A stretch of 63,787 bases of DNA, the filler included, from Octopus bimaculoides (Eukaryota), in NCBI RefSeq assembly GCF_001194135.2. It is 9 parts of 9 records of this genome, joined end to end, with 100 filler letters (N's around TTAATTAATTAA, not from the genome) between each part and the next. Parts side by side here need not be neighbours in the genome. Positions count along the whole stretch, not along the records: positions 58,920 to 63,787 come from NC_069005.1; 8 more parts are not named here. One strand, given 5' to 3'. Within the stretch, counting starts at the first letter, position 1; each line of letters starts with the position of its first letter. The position numbers were made by a program, and so were the translations under genes. Positions 61,741 through 63,787 of this stretch are shown here, piece after piece. The notes under the pieces were generated by a model. It was given only the letters and a program-made list of their open reading frames with translations, was not told where the DNA came from and made no database searches.

Positions 61741-62654
61741 GGCTGTCCCCTCCTGTACAATTCCTGACTTTGTGCCAAAATTTGAAACTAGTTTTATGAT
61801 TTATTCATCTCTATGTAAATGCCCACCATCCTTTGTCAGTGTATTGTCCTAAATATTTTGGTGGTCCTTGTGGCCAATAAAGAAAGAATTATTATTATTG
61901 ATAATAATAATTTTCTTTAATATAATTTTCAAATTTTGCTTTTTTTGCAGTTCTGTTTGAAACTAAATCTAAATAATAAATAAATAAATAGTTTTGAAAA
62001 TATAAAACTAAAAAAAAAAAAGCATAAATCAAAACAAGCAAAATAAATTCTTAAAAAACACTAAAATACATAAAAATAAATGTCTAATTAAAACTTTAAA
62101 ATAAACCTTAAAAGCATGAAAATTAAAAACAAAATTAGTAAAAAAAAAAAATTAAATATAATTAAAATAACGTAAGAAAAAAAGAAACCCTGATAAATTT
62201 TGAAATAAATCCCAAAGATGACATGGCAACATAATGGTCGTTTTTAATCCTGTGGAACTGTTGTCGTGCGCAAGTCTTTCTGTTAATACACGAGACATCT
62301 GTCACATACAGACATTTCAGTTCTGGTAGTGAAGTCTTTTTTTAAGTCTAAAATTTCTCAGGCTGTGTGTGTGTGTGTGTGTGTGTGTCTGTCGGTTTTC
62401 CTTTCTTATGATTTCGCCTTCCTTATTATCTCTGTCTGTGTCTCTGTTTTTTCTCTCTTCCTCTCTCTCTCTCTCTCTTTCTTTCTAATGGTCATATAGA
62501 ATGCTACATATGTACACACACACACAAGCATGTACATACATACACACACATGCACACATACATGCAAGCATATCATATTTCAATCTTCTTCACATAGATG
62601 TGTTCATTCATGCACATATACACATAAACCCATACATATACACACATACATACA

Positions 62655-62690
<36 letters not shown>

Positions 62691-62879
62691 GACAGAGAAA
62701 TTGATATAGATATACATATATACACAAGCAAATTTATCACATTTCAGTCTTGTATACATATATGTGTTCACATACACACATACATGTACACAATGATAAC
62801 ACATACTAACAAATGCACATATCTCTTAACCTGACACACATATCTTTATATATATATATCACAGTATCACAGTACTGAC

Positions 62880-63600
62880 CAGACCATCAGATGCTATTTA
62901 AAAGGCACTGGTCACAATGTGCTTCCAATTCTGTCTTGATTGCACCATTCTTTACCTTCTTGACCAAAATCGATTTACTAAATCGTCTTTTCATTGTCAT
63001 GGAAGCCTTTTCTCATCTCTTGGATAACAATTGGCCACTGCATAGGTGGAACTTGTGCTTTCGATATTCTGCAATCGCATTGTTCACTTCACTCCATTCT
63101 CAAAGTACAGTAATCTCTCGACTAACACAGGTGTTACATTCTAAAATCCCCCACAATAGGTAAAAATTCACAAAGTAGAAACAGTACTGTACTGTATATT
63201 TTTTAAAAAATTATTTTTATAATTTGTATAGATTTATTTTATTGTAAATGCAAAACAACACCACGGAGTAATCGACATAAGCTTAAATAATAAATTGCGA
63301 TAGAGGAACCATGATATGGCGGGGGATTACTGTATCTCATTTCAAATATGATTGTGTGCTAATTCTAGCCTGGATCTTTCCATGGCCTTTTGTCTCCTCA
63401 TTGCCGATTGATGTTTTCTCCTCTTCGTAGCAGCCCATGTCTAACTTGCATATAAGAGTGCAGGTAGGATGGTGCTATTGAAGAGTCTGGCACATTTGGT
63501 ATCGTCTGTCTTTGTCTTGAGCACATCTTTTATTGAAGTAAGCACTTTCCATCCTGCCCTTATTCTCTTTGAGATTTCAGCATCCATATCTTGGCACATT
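62880..63600 (-). mobile_element. Second RTE-clade LINE subfamily, C-terminal fragment, interrupted by a MITE
   Basis: DMDAEISKRIRAGWKVLTSIKDVLK...LFNSTILPALLYAS*TWAATK...AMERS...NE / NAIAEYRK. Confidence 0.8.
63108..63332. mobile_element. pogo/Tigger-like MITE, 225 bp
   Basis: TIR CAGTAATC(T/C)C(T/C)CG (11/13) and TA TSD at 63106-63107 and 63333-63334. Confidence 0.75.
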
Positions 63601-63676
63601 ATTCACTGTGTGCCGTAAAGTAGATATATTCCTTTATGAACCATATTTCATTGCTTCCCACCTCTATTCAGCTGTG

Positions 63677-63727
<51 letters not shown>

Positions 63728-63787
63728 ACGCACCCACACATATATATACATACATAAGTATACATACATACATACATATATACATAC

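Overview
Repeat-dense, AT-rich, gapped eukaryotic DNA. It is almost certainly octopus, inferred from a chemotactile-receptor-type gene, the SINE/LINE repertoire and draft-assembly gap linkers. Three host genes are supported. (1) GADD45-family exons at 27239-27452 and 27726-27845 (+), with vertebrate-matching intron positions and a probable 3'UTR intron. (2) A partial atypical Cys-loop receptor of the cephalopod chemotactile receptor (CR) type at 50843-51406 (-), with both ends in gaps. (3) A cwf21-domain (SRRM2/CWC21-like) exon at 58920-59089 (+). The rest is microsatellite and mobile DNA: several tRNA-derived SINE families, CR1-group, RTE, R4/Dong and HERO-like LINE pieces, a Penelope-like GIY-YIG remnant, mariner and maT remnants, and many MITEs defined by TIRs and TSDs. 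The most unusual structure is a head-to-head inverted pair of tRNA-headed (Pol III A/B box) elements, each carrying a minimal type I hammerhead ribozyme fold (42655-43310). A second hammerhead with a variant core lies at 55971-56007. Most ORFs in the supplied track are microsatellite or N-gap artefacts. Eight fixed 100-bp gaps with a TTAATTAATTAA linker make long-range adjacency uncertain. All calls are by eye, no searches were run, and TE boundaries are approximate unless a TSD or TIR is quoted.
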